From the IMG/VR virus record IMGVR_UViG_3300030516_000004: a stretch of DNA of 64,000 nt. One strand, given 5' to 3'. Position numbers and translations under genes: made by a program. This DNA comes from a virus. Positions within the stretch are counted from its first letter, which is position 1. Each line of letters opens with the position of its first letter. Below are positions 8,797-16,802 of this stretch, piece after piece. The notes beneath the pieces were generated by a model. That model made no database searches. It saw only the letters and a list, made by a program, of their open reading frames with translations, and was not told where the DNA came from.

Positions 8797-8933
8797 TGGA
8801 AATCTTTTTAGCAATTCTTTTAGTGATATTTACTGTGTTTTCAGCGCCAAAGGGAGCTTTCGCTTGTATTGGTCATGCACTAATTATCGTGGCTTTTCTT
8901 AGTGCAATCACAGTAATGCATATTTACGGTTAG
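8796..8933 (+). CDS. 45-aa two-TM microprotein
   Basis: Hand-translated; TGATG overlap with the upstream gene. Confidence 0.65.
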   Translation: MEIFLAILLVIFTVFSAPKGAFACIGHALIIVAFLSAITVMHIYG

Positions 8934-8943
8934 GGGTAAGGGT

Positions 8944-9381
8944 ATGAATGCGGCAGTAGTAACACCAGTAATGGATTGGAATAAATACACGATAGATGGA
9001 TGGTTAGAGCAGTTCGGCGCTTGGTGTGAAACTGTGCGCATGAAAGGAGGTGATTTACCAGATGGTTTGCATATTAATCAGATTTATTGGTTGATGCGTG
9101 AGGCGGGGAAAGAGATGCCAAAAGGAAAGTCTTACATCCGTTGTGAGATCAATGATTTTGAAGCGGATCAAGTGCAAGCGCTTTTGCGCAGTATCTTTAA
9201 GTCTGATTCAGTGGATTATCAAGCCAAGTATGCAGTGATGTGCTTAATCAAGCATAAGGTAGAGAATCGCTCTCTTAGTGCAGTGGCAGCGCTAACAAAT
9301 CAAAGTAAGCCAATTGCACACATGATGATTAATTGTGGTCGTTTCTTTATTCACTCTAGAGACAACCGGTTAAAGATTTGA
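8944..9381 (+). CDS. Late antiterminator Q-like protein
   Basis: Last early gene, C-terminal HTH-like region, followed directly by a pR'-like promoter and terminator. Confidence 0.75.
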   Translation: MNAAVVTPVMDWNKYTIDGWLEQFGAWCETVRMKGGDLPDGLHINQIYWLMREAGKEMPKGKSYIRCEINDFEADQVQALLRSIFKSDSVDYQAKYAVMCLIKHKVENRSLSAVAALTNQSKPIAHMMINCGRFFIHSRDNRLKI

Positions 9382-9387
9382 GGACTA

Positions 9388-9427
9388 TTGACTGGTATAC
9401 CGCGTAATGCTATATTTCTGGTATAGT
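9388..9427 (+). promoter_or_regulatory. Late promoter pR' (TTGACT-17-TATATT, extended -10) with a -10-like pause element TATAGT
   Basis: -35 at 9388-9393, TG at 9408-9409, -10 at 9411-9416, TATAGT at 9422-9427. Confidence 0.8.
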
Positions 9428-9456
9428 GCGCTTGAGTAGTCAGGTTCACTAGTATT

Positions 9457-9484
9457 AAAAGCTCATCATTCGATGGGCTTTTTT
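9457..9484 (+). terminator. tR'-like terminator
   Basis: AAAAGCTCATC-attc-GATGGGCTTTT then T run. Confidence 0.85.
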
Positions 9485-9511
9485 GTTGCCTATCGAAAAG
9501 TGAGAAGAAGA

Positions 9512-9838
9512 ATGGAAAACCAACATAAGCATATCAAGGGTTATCGCGAGTTAAGTAAAGAAGAAATTGACTTAATGAATCGAATTAAAGAAAAAGGCGC
9601 TGAACTGCTTATGTTGCAGAATGAATTAGCAAATCGTTTAAGCACCGACTTAGAAGTTAAGCAGGCAGCAGCGAAGCGTGCACAATTAGCGCCAAATGAT
9701 TTTGCAAGTCCTGAATGGCAAGAGTTTGAACGCTTCAAAGAAGCTGAACCTTTACGTTGGGCCGCAATTGGTCGCACTGATATCCAAACAGGCATTATGG
9801 CTTTAGTTCGTGCTGTAGGACAGCAAGCAACTTTATAG
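9512..9838 (+). CDS. acb2: Anti-CBASS Acb2-like cyclic-oligonucleotide sponge
   Basis: MENQHKHIKGYRELSKEEIDLMNRIKEKG and EPLRWAAIGRTDIQTGIMALVRA match Acb2 motifs as I recall them; start ATG 9512. Confidence 0.85.
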   Translation: MENQHKHIKGYRELSKEEIDLMNRIKEKGAELLMLQNELANRLSTDLEVKQAAAKRAQLAPNDFASPEWQEFERFKEAEPLRWAAIGRTDIQTGIMALVRAVGQQATL

Positions 9839-9857
9839 GTGTTGCTAAGGAGGTCAC

Positions 9858-9971
9858 ATGCTCCGAATCATCAAGCAAGTATTCTGTTGGCATTGTTGGG
9901 AACATGAATTGGATTACAACAAAGACCCAATCAAAGAATGCAGAAAGTGTGGAAAGGTTAAAAGTTTATAA
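9858..9971 (+). CDS. 37-aa Cys/His zinc-binding microprotein (DUF1660-like)
   Basis: MLRIIKQVFCWHCWEHELDYNKDPIKECRKCGKVKSL; aaggaggt RBS. Confidence 0.75.
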   Translation: MLRIIKQVFCWHCWEHELDYNKDPIKECRKCGKVKSL

Positions 9972-9980
9972 AGTTTGTAT

Positions 9981-10084
9981 TGCAATGTGCCAGAGAGGTT
10001 TAATGGTGACATATACAAGACGAGGTGTGTTTAGGTATATGCTGAAATACCACCCCGCCACAGGTTCAAATCCTGTCTTTGCAA
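9981..10084 (+). ncRNA. tRNA-like RNA / pseudo-tRNA (class II D-arm, perfect T-arm, aberrant anticodon region)
   Basis: Acceptor TGCAATG/CTTTGCA, D-arm CCAG-AGAGGTTTAA-TGG, T-arm ACAGG-TTCAAAT-CCTGT; 52-nt middle; no encoded CCA. Confidence 0.7.
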
Positions 10085-10095
10085 TACTTTTTTAT

Positions 10096-10126
10096 AGCCC
10101 CACCGATTGGTGGGGTTTTCTTTTTT
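10096..10126 (+). terminator. Intrinsic terminator after the tRNA-like element
   Basis: gccccacc-gatt-ggtggggt followed by a T-rich tract. Confidence 0.8.
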
Positions 10127-10139
10127 GGAGAATAAGAAA

Positions 10140-10343
10140 ATGCGAATGAGTCGAGTATTGTTAGCTACAGCATTAGGAATGGCAGTAGCAAGACCACAGT
10201 TTGGAACCTTAAGCGCATTATCTGCCATGGGTGGTGAAACTTCTCCATTTGCATTTAAGCCGAAGCCAAATAAAAGCAAACCCAATAAATTAAGCCAAAA
10301 GAAGAAACGCCTTATTGCTCGTCGGCTAAATAAACATAAGTGA
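10140..10343 (+). CDS. Small protein with very basic C-terminus
   Basis: ggag RBS; KPKPNKSKPNKLSQKKKRLIARRLNKHK tail. Confidence 0.65.
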   Translation: MRMSRVLLATALGMAVARPQFGTLSALSAMGGETSPFAFKPKPNKSKPNKLSQKKKRLIARRLNKHK

Positions 10344-10350
10344 GCTGCGT

Positions 10351-10521
10351 ATGGACACAATCGAAGCGAAGAAGAATTTAAATGCATTGTGCAATGAAAT
10401 AGAAAAGCTACAGAACCTTTCACGTGGTTTGATGACAGCAAAAGAAATGCTTGATATTGACGCGAAGATAAAGCGACACAAAGACCAAGTGAAGAACATT
10501 AGAAGCAATCTTCATGTGTGA
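10351..10521 (+). CDS. 56-aa coiled-coil hypothetical protein
   Basis: Hand-translated MDTIEAKKNL...RSNLHV; overlaps the next start by 8 nt. Confidence 0.65.
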   Translation: MDTIEAKKNLNALCNEIEKLQNLSRGLMTAKEMLDIDAKIKRHKDQVKNIRSNLHV

Positions 10522-10792
10522 TTCAAAGCGATTGAAGGCTATTCGGTTGTTGCCTTGTGTAGTTTGTGGAAGATCGCCAGTAGATGCAGCACATAGCAAC
10601 CAAGGCGCCCATAATAAGGGATTAGGCATCAAGGCAGATGATAGTTATACAATCCCATTATGTAGGCAACATCACATCGAATATGACCAACTGAAAACAA
10701 TGACAAGAGAACAAGCGGTAGAATGGTTTGATCGAATGTTAGAAAAGACAGACCGCATGCTTAATTTAAATAACAATGAAGAGGTTTTCTAA
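10514..10792 (+). CDS. DUF968-like His-Cys (HNH-like) putative nuclease
   Basis: PCVVCG...DAAH...TIPLCRQHH motif. Confidence 0.75.
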   Translation: MCDSKRLKAIRLLPCVVCGRSPVDAAHSNQGAHNKGLGIKADDSYTIPLCRQHHIEYDQLKTMTREQAVEWFDRMLEKTDRMLNLNNNEEVF

Positions 10793-11019
10793 TGGGAACT
10801 AAAGCAACAAAAGCTAAAATGATTGAACGAGCATTCGAGTTCGCAGAAAAGGTTATTGCTGAAAACCAGTGCATCATAAATCATACCAATATCCCAGAAG
10901 TTGGAGCACGTGCTTCTGATCTGGTTGAATTAGCTAAATCATTTAAGCTTTTACTTTCGGATACACATGAAGATTTAATTGAGCTTGAAAATTACGGCAA
11001 TGATGATTATCGTGGTTAA
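10792..11019 (+). CDS. Hypothetical protein
   Basis: 75 aa, TAATG coupling. Confidence 0.7.
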   Translation: MGTKATKAKMIERAFEFAEKVIAENQCIINHTNIPEVGARASDLVELAKSFKLLLSDTHEDLIELENYGNDDYRG

Positions 11020-11123
11020 ACACCACATCTCGAGACTAACGTGAAAGACATCTATCTGTAATTAGGGATAGAGCAGTCTTAAGTCCTGAAATGCAGAGCC
11101 CGTCAGAAATGACGGGCTTTTTT
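11020..11123 (+). ncRNA. Candidate ~100-nt structured small RNA
   Basis: Upstream TTGAAA-17-TATCGT (10985-11013), nested stems, strong terminator at 11097-11123. Confidence 0.4.
11097..11123 (+). terminator. Intrinsic terminator
   Basis: AGCCCGTCA-GAAA-TGACGGGCT followed by T run. Confidence 0.85.
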
Positions 11124-11137
11124 ATTGAGGTGTCAAA

Positions 11138-11620
11138 ATGGAATCAAGATTCACTATTAAGAACCATTGCGACATCAACTATGTGACGAATTATTTAAAC
11201 AAGAACCATTCGAAGGCAGCGACTGAGGGTAAGCCTTTAGTTGTTACTATTAAACCTGATGATAGAAATAGATCTAAAGCGCAAAACAGATTGTATTGGG
11301 ATTGGCTGACAGAGTGGGCAAAGTTCCAAGGCTCAGACAAAGATTATGAGCATCTTTTCTTTAAATACACGTTGCTATCAAGAATCTTCTATCGAGATGG
11401 TGTAGGCGATTATCGCAAGACTTTCGACACTGTTAGAGCGCTAAAAGCAGAGAAACACCCCTTATATAATCAAGTGCGTGATAGCGTAACTACCCTTACA
11501 AGCACAAGAGATGCATCTACAAAGCAAATGTCAGAATACCTAAACGACATACATGCATTTTGCCTGAAACAAGGGTGTTATTTGGAAACGCCTGATGACC
11601 TTAAATATGCGTTGGAGTGA
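11138..11620 (+). CDS. ninB: NinB/Orf-like recombination protein
   Basis: KPLVVTIK...RSKAQNRLYW motif. Confidence 0.75.
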   Translation: MESRFTIKNHCDINYVTNYLNKNHSKAATEGKPLVVTIKPDDRNRSKAQNRLYWDWLTEWAKFQGSDKDYEHLFFKYTLLSRIFYRDGVGDYRKTFDTVRALKAEKHPLYNQVRDSVTTLTSTRDASTKQMSEYLNDIHAFCLKQGCYLETPDDLKYALE

Positions 11621-11877
11621 TTATGATTCCACTATATCCATTTCCACTTAATGAAGTCTGGAACAACTTGAGGAACCAAAAAATGCAAAAAACAAATGAA
11701 TCGGTTTTAGAGTGTGGGGCTATCCCGAAAGGCACAAAAGTTAAAATAGATGGCTGCCCATTTGTGTTGCAAGACGATGTGAAAGTCGCAGCATCGCAAG
11801 AAATCGTAGACCTAGCAATTAAAAACCAAAACGATTTCGATAATGGAATCGGTGTTATTGGTGAAAAAAGTAAGTAG
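11617..11877 (+). CDS. Hypothetical protein (start may be the internal MQKTNE)
   Basis: ORF preceding terS. Confidence 0.6.
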   Translation: MIMIPLYPFPLNEVWNNLRNQKMQKTNESVLECGAIPKGTKVKIDGCPFVLQDDVKVAASQEIVDLAIKNQNDFDNGIGVIGEKSK

Positions 11878-11884
11878 GTGTTAA

Positions 11885-12436
11885 ATGGAAGAACAAATCA
11901 AAGGCGCAGAACCCTTAAAGAATTTACGCCATGAAGAGTTCTGCCACGAATATTTAAAAACGCTTAGTCCGCAAGAGGCTGGCAAAACAGTAGGCTTTAA
12001 AACCCGTCAACATGCTTGGGATGTCTTGCAGCGTGAAGAAGTTGAAGAGCGCATTGCTTATTTGAATGGGCAGCGCTTAAACCGCATTGATATCGATGCA
12101 GATTATGTCTTGCGTCGTTTGGTTGAAATTGACCAAATGGATGTCTTAGACATTATGGATGATAAATTTTGTCTAAAACCTATTAGCGAATGGCCTAAAG
12201 TTTGGCGTCAGTTCGTTTCGAATATCGAGAACAATGAAGAGTTTGAAGGCTATGGTGAAGACCGTGAACAAAGCGGCTGGCTAAAGAAAATCAAATGGCC
12301 TGACAAAGTTAAAAACCTTGAGCTATTAGGAAAACATATTGCTGTTGGGGCTTTCAAGGACAAAGTGGAACATTCAGGAACGATTGAAATTCAGACTTTA
12401 TCTGAGTTAATGGATGAATTAAGCGAGGGTGATTAA
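11885..12436 (+). CDS. terS: Terminase small subunit
   Basis: HEEFCHEYL HTH, IKWPDKVKNLELLGKH motif, position. Confidence 0.92.
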   Translation: MEEQIKGAEPLKNLRHEEFCHEYLKTLSPQEAGKTVGFKTRQHAWDVLQREEVEERIAYLNGQRLNRIDIDADYVLRRLVEIDQMDVLDIMDDKFCLKPISEWPKVWRQFVSNIENNEEFEGYGEDREQSGWLKKIKWPDKVKNLELLGKHIAVGAFKDKVEHSGTIEIQTLSELMDELSEGD

Positions 12437-12451
12437 TTTTAAGGAGTAGCC

Positions 12452-13945
12452 ATGCTGAAACCTGAGCATACAGCGAAACTTAAAGATCAGTTGTGGCGCT
12501 TAAATAACCTTTACTACATTACGAATAAAGAAGGTAAGCAAGTTAAATTCAAGATGACACTTGAACAGCTTGAATACTTCGAAAACGAATGGACGCGGAA
12601 CATCATCCTTAAGGCACGTCAGTTAGGTTTTACCACTGAGATGTGCATTATTCAACTAGATGCTGCGTTATTTAAGTCAGATAAATGTGCCTTGATTGCA
12701 CACACGTTGCATGATGCTAAACGTCTATTCCGTGAAAAGGTTAAGTATGCCTATGACCGATTACCGCATCTCATTAAAGCTGCAAATCCTTTAGAGATTC
12801 AAACTAAGGATGAGCTTGTATTCGGCAAAGGTGGATCGATCACAGTATCAACCTCTTTCCGTGGTGGAACATTAGATCGCTTACATGTATCTGAGTTCGG
12901 TAAAATCTGCGCGAAGTTCCCAGATAAAGCGCGAGAGATTGTTACAGGTGCATTTGAGGCTGTAAGTCTTAAAGGTCGCATCACTTTAGAGAGTACCGCA
13001 GAAGGTAAAAGTGGTTACTTCTATGAGTTCTGCCAATTAGCGGAAAAGTTATTTCTACTAAGCAAAAAGTTAAGTCCTCTAGATTGGAAATTCTTTTTCT
13101 TCTCCTGGTGGAAGAATGCTGATTATGAAATTGAGCCTACAGAAGAAATACCACAGCGACTACTTCAGTACTTTGAAGAACTAGAAGCCAAGCACAAGAT
13201 CAAAACAACTGCTAACCAAAGAGCTTGGTATCACTCGAAAGAGAAGACGCTTGGCGAAGATATGAAGCGGGAATATCCAAGTATCCCTAGTGAAGCATTC
13301 GCTCAGTCAGTTGAAGGTGCTTACTACAAGAACCAGTTCAAATTCTTGTACGCCAATAAGCGAATTGGTGCGCTGCCTTCGAATGACCACTTACCTGTGA
13401 TGACCTTCTGGGATTTGGGTGTTTCGGACTCGATGGTAATTTGGTTTGTTCGAAAGCTCTCAGACAATTATTACCAAGTTATCGATTACTACGAAAATTC
13501 TGGTGAAGGTATGCGCCATTACTTCAAAGTCTTAAAGGAAAAGGGCTACAAGTACAGCAAGCACTATGCACCACACGACATTAAGAACCGATCGATGATG
13601 AACGATGGTAAATCGCGTTTAGACATTGCTAAAGAAGGTTATGTCTTAGATGACGGTGAAAAATACTCTGTTTCATTTGAGGTAGTGCCAAACATATTAG
13701 TGATGGATGGAATTGAGCAAGTTCGCGAGATTCTGCCGTTATGTGAATTTGACGAATACAAATGTGCTGAAGGTATTACTCATCTTGAGAACTACCGCAA
13801 AGAATGGAACGACAAATTAGGCTGCTGGAAAGATAACCCACTTCATGACATGCATTCACACGGTGCTGATGGCTTCCGTATGTTTGCTGTGGCAATGGGT
13901 AAAAAAGTCGTAGCTAAAACACTAGATATAGGAATGGTTTTCTAA
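12452..13945 (+). CDS. terL: Terminase large subunit
   Basis: LKARQLGFTT Walker A, LHVSEFG Walker B, LEST coupling motif, WDLG...HGADGFR nuclease. Confidence 0.95.
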   Translation: MLKPEHTAKLKDQLWRLNNLYYITNKEGKQVKFKMTLEQLEYFENEWTRNIILKARQLGFTTEMCIIQLDAALFKSDKCALIAHTLHDAKRLFREKVKYAYDRLPHLIKAANPLEIQTKDELVFGKGGSITVSTSFRGGTLDRLHVSEFGKICAKFPDKAREIVTGAFEAVSLKGRITLESTAEGKSGYFYEFCQLAEKLFLLSKKLSPLDWKFFFFSWWKNADYEIEPTEEIPQRLLQYFEELEAKHKIKTTANQRAWYHSKEKTLGEDMKREYPSIPSEAFAQSVEGAYYKNQFKFLYANKRIGALPSNDHLPVMTFWDLGVSDSMVIWFVRKLSDNYYQVIDYYENSGEGMRHYFKVLKEKGYKYSKHYAPHDIKNRSMMNDGKSRLDIAKEGYVLDDGEKYSVSFEVVPNILVMDGIEQVREILPLCEFDEYKCAEGITHLENYRKEWNDKLGCWKDNPLHDMHSHGADGFRMFAVAMGKKVVAKTLDIGMVF

Positions 13946-15351
13946 TGCCAGTAAATACTGAACATCAAGCTTACGCGGACATGAAAGAGCGTTGGAAAAC
14001 TATCAACGATGTCTGTGAAGGCTCAACCAAAATTAAAAAACGTGGTGAGCATTACTTACCTAAACCAAATGTTACTGCTGATGCTACTCAAAATGACCAG
14101 TATTATTTAGCTTATTTAACACGAGCTGTGTTTTACGAGATTTCAAAAGACACACTAAATAAGATGGTGGGAGTAGTATTTGCCGAAGATCCAACATTCG
14201 AACCGGATGGAATGGATTTTCTTAAGTACGATGCAGATGGGACAGGTAAATCAATTTACCAAGTGGGGCAATCATGCCTTCAAGGTTTGTTAAAACATGC
14301 TCGTGGTGGTCTATTTGTTGATTATCCAACTACTGATGGCAATGTATCTGTCCAGCAAGCGGAAAACTTAGGCATTCGGCCAACAATCGTTTTCTATGAT
14401 GCTCTAAATATTATTAACTGGAGCGTTAAACGTGTTGGATCTGTTTATAAACCCGATTTAGTCGTTTTATATGAAAAATCTACAGTAAAAGATCCTGAAG
14501 ATGAGTTCGCTAAAAAAGAGGTAAATACTTACCGGGTATTACGTCTTGATGAGAACAATGAATATAACGTTCAAGTTTATTCGGATCAGTCAGGTGATTT
14601 ACAGGGTGGTGAAATTAACTACCCAACTAATTCATTAGGCCGAAGATGGAATGAAATTCCTTTTATTCCTTTGGGGGCTTTGGCTAATGATTGGAATATT
14701 GACTCTATCCCACTAGAACCAATCGTCACAATGAACTTGGCCCATTATCAAAATAGCGCGAGCTATGAAGAGATGGTGTTTATCTGTGGCCAGGCCCAAC
14801 CGGTTATTAATGAGCTTGATGAAGGTTGGCGTGACTGGTTGCAGAAAAATGGTGTCCGCTTAGGTTCTAAGAATCCTTTAATGCTTCCGAAAGGCTCATC
14901 GTTTGACTACAAACAAGTCACTGAAAGTACCTTAGCGAAACAGGCTATGGATGCTAAAGAAAAGTACATGCAGGCGATGGGGGCCAAGATTCTTGAGACT
15001 GAACAAGTCAATAAGACAGCTACCCAATCAAATAATGAAAAGCTTGCTCAGTACAGCGTACTTTCTTTGTGTGTAGCGAATACCAATGAGGCGATGGAAT
15101 ACGCGATTAAATGGTGTGCTGCATACTACGGAAGTGGCTCTAAAGCTAAGCTAACCATTAAGCAAGACTTCGCCAAAGGCAAGATTGATCTTGATACGCT
15201 TAAGTTCTATTGGGAAATGGTGCTTGCTAATCGCATGAGTATGGAAACCTTCCATGAGTTGCTAACAACTGGGAAAGTTCCAGAAATTAGCTATGAAAAA
15301 GAGCAGCTACGAATTGAAACCGAAAATACCAATAGGCCTATGGTGATTTAA
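13945..15351 (+). CDS. Portal protein (DUF4055-like)
   Basis: 468 aa directly after terL; YLPK..., RAVFY motifs. Confidence 0.9.
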   Translation: MPVNTEHQAYADMKERWKTINDVCEGSTKIKKRGEHYLPKPNVTADATQNDQYYLAYLTRAVFYEISKDTLNKMVGVVFAEDPTFEPDGMDFLKYDADGTGKSIYQVGQSCLQGLLKHARGGLFVDYPTTDGNVSVQQAENLGIRPTIVFYDALNIINWSVKRVGSVYKPDLVVLYEKSTVKDPEDEFAKKEVNTYRVLRLDENNEYNVQVYSDQSGDLQGGEINYPTNSLGRRWNEIPFIPLGALANDWNIDSIPLEPIVTMNLAHYQNSASYEEMVFICGQAQPVINELDEGWRDWLQKNGVRLGSKNPLMLPKGSSFDYKQVTESTLAKQAMDAKEKYMQAMGAKILETEQVNKTATQSNNEKLAQYSVLSLCVANTNEAMEYAIKWCAAYYGSGSKAKLTIKQDFAKGKIDLDTLKFYWEMVLANRMSMETFHELLTTGKVPEISYEKEQLRIETENTNRPMVI

Positions 15352-15367
15352 ATCGCAGGAGTGACAA

Positions 15368-16453
15368 ATGAACGTCCAGTTGTCACAACAAGCACTTCTT
15401 GATGCACTGGTATCACATCAGGCTTATCTTTATCGGCTGTCTTCAACTGAAATCAATAATCTCTTAAGTCAGTTTGATTCACTCTCTAGCGAGATGCTTT
15501 CAAAGTTAAGAGACTTACTAGATGATTTGAGTGATGCTGAAAAGACGGCTTTGATGGCAGGTCAATACACAACGCCAGCTTTAAAAGAAGTAAGGACTTT
15601 AGTTCAGACTTGGCAGGCAAGTGTTGCATCAGGTTTGCTTGATAGCTTCACGGTGAGCGCTACAGCTTTAGCGGTATACGAAGCCACATATCAGGCTAAA
15701 ACCATCGCTAATCGAAAAATAGAACCAAACGGCAAGACGCTATTTAACAAGGCAAAGAAAACGCCTTTAAGTGGTGGTGTGTTGCTTGATTCGATCTTTG
15801 CACGAATTGCAGACGATGCAAAAGCTCGAGTAGAGCAAACTATTCGAGACGGTTTATCTAAAGGTCAGACTAATCAGCAGATTGTTCAGCGAATTAAGGG
15901 AAAGAAAGCGCTTAATTACCAAGATGGCTTGCTGGATCAAAGTAGAAACCAGATTTCTACAATGGTTCGCACTGCTCGAAGTCATGTATCTAACATTGCC
16001 TTAAATGAAACATACACTGCCATTGGTGTTGAGTATGTGAAGTTCATAGCAACTCTTGATAGTCGAACTTCTAAAATCTGTATGGGATATTCGGACAAGG
16101 TTTATAAGAAAAATGAATCTCATCCTGTGCCACCGCTTCACCCTCATTGTCGTTCGATACTTATTCCAGTTTTCGATTCAACTGGTAAAACAATCGGCAT
16201 GCGGCCATTCAACAATAAAGTTAATGGAGATGGTGAAATCGGTGTGGTTGATTCAAATACAACATTTAAAGGTTGGTTTGATAAACAAGATGCAGCTTTC
16301 CAAAAGTCTTGGCTTGGTCCATCACGATACAAACTATTTAAAGATGGTAAATACTCACTAGATAAGTTTGTAGATCCATTAACTGGTCAGCCATTCACGC
16401 TTGCTGAACTCCAAAAGCTTGATGAAGAAATGTTTAAGAGGTTGGGATTATGA
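15368..16453 (+). CDS. Head morphogenesis / minor capsid protein (SPP1 gp7 / Mu F-like)
   Basis: ATLDSRTS.IC...PPLHPHCRS motif. Confidence 0.9.
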   Translation: MNVQLSQQALLDALVSHQAYLYRLSSTEINNLLSQFDSLSSEMLSKLRDLLDDLSDAEKTALMAGQYTTPALKEVRTLVQTWQASVASGLLDSFTVSATALAVYEATYQAKTIANRKIEPNGKTLFNKAKKTPLSGGVLLDSIFARIADDAKARVEQTIRDGLSKGQTNQQIVQRIKGKKALNYQDGLLDQSRNQISTMVRTARSHVSNIALNETYTAIGVEYVKFIATLDSRTSKICMGYSDKVYKKNESHPVPPLHPHCRSILIPVFDSTGKTIGMRPFNNKVNGDGEIGVVDSNTTFKGWFDKQDAAFQKSWLGPSRYKLFKDGKYSLDKFVDPLTGQPFTLAELQKLDEEMFKRLGL

Positions 16454-16560
16454 TCATTGATTTAACAGGCGAAGGCTCATTAGAGCTTTCAAGACTTTCA
16501 ACACGAAGTAAGTTCAGATTGCGCCGATGGCTTAGAAGAATTAACAAGCCTACCAAATAA
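16450..16560 (+). CDS. 36-aa basic microprotein
   Basis: MIIDLTGEGSLELSRLSTRSKFRLRRWLRRINKPTK; ATGA coupling; followed by a terminator. Confidence 0.6.
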   Translation: MIIDLTGEGSLELSRLSTRSKFRLRRWLRRINKPTK

Positions 16561-16570
16561 ATTAAACCTT

Positions 16571-16592
16571 AGCACCTTCGGGTGCTTTTCTT
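16571..16592 (+). terminator. Intrinsic terminator
   Basis: agcacc-ttcg-ggtgct-tttctt. Confidence 0.8.
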
Positions 16593-16607
16593 ATTGTGAG
16601 AAAAGAA

Positions 16608-16802
16608 ATGTTCGGAATACTTGAAAGTCTTACAAAAGCTACAGTATCAGCGGCTTCCACTGTTGTAACAGCTACTGTAGATACAGTGATGATTCCTGTT
16701 GATTCTGCAAATGGCAAGGATGTGTATGGACGAACTGCTAATGCAGTGAACAACACATTGAAGAACCTTGAAGATGCCAGCAAGCCAGTTTCTGAAAAGT
16801 AA
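16608..16802 (+). CDS. Small hypothetical protein between two terminators
   Basis: MFGILESLTKATVSAAS..., 64 aa. Confidence 0.7.
   Translation: MFGILESLTKATVSAASTVVTATVDTVMIPVDSANGKDVYGRTANAVNNTLKNLEDASKPVSEK

Noticed and set aside
9981-10084. Functional tRNA-Ser(GCT) or tRNA-Leu(CAA)
   Set aside because: No 5-bp stem with a 7-nt U33 loop at the canonical position, and the middle region is too long. Reported as tRNA-like only.
9904-10149. 81-aa ORF across the tRNA-like element
   Set aside because: No RBS; it overlaps the better-supported 9858 ORF, the RNA structure and a terminator.
11020-11096. Hammerhead or pistol ribozyme (GAAA-stem-TT and CTGA nearby; CGTGG..CCAC hairpin)
   Set aside because: No CUGANGA core in a valid stem order, and no pseudoknot partner for the hairpin loop. 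Kept only as a candidate sRNA.
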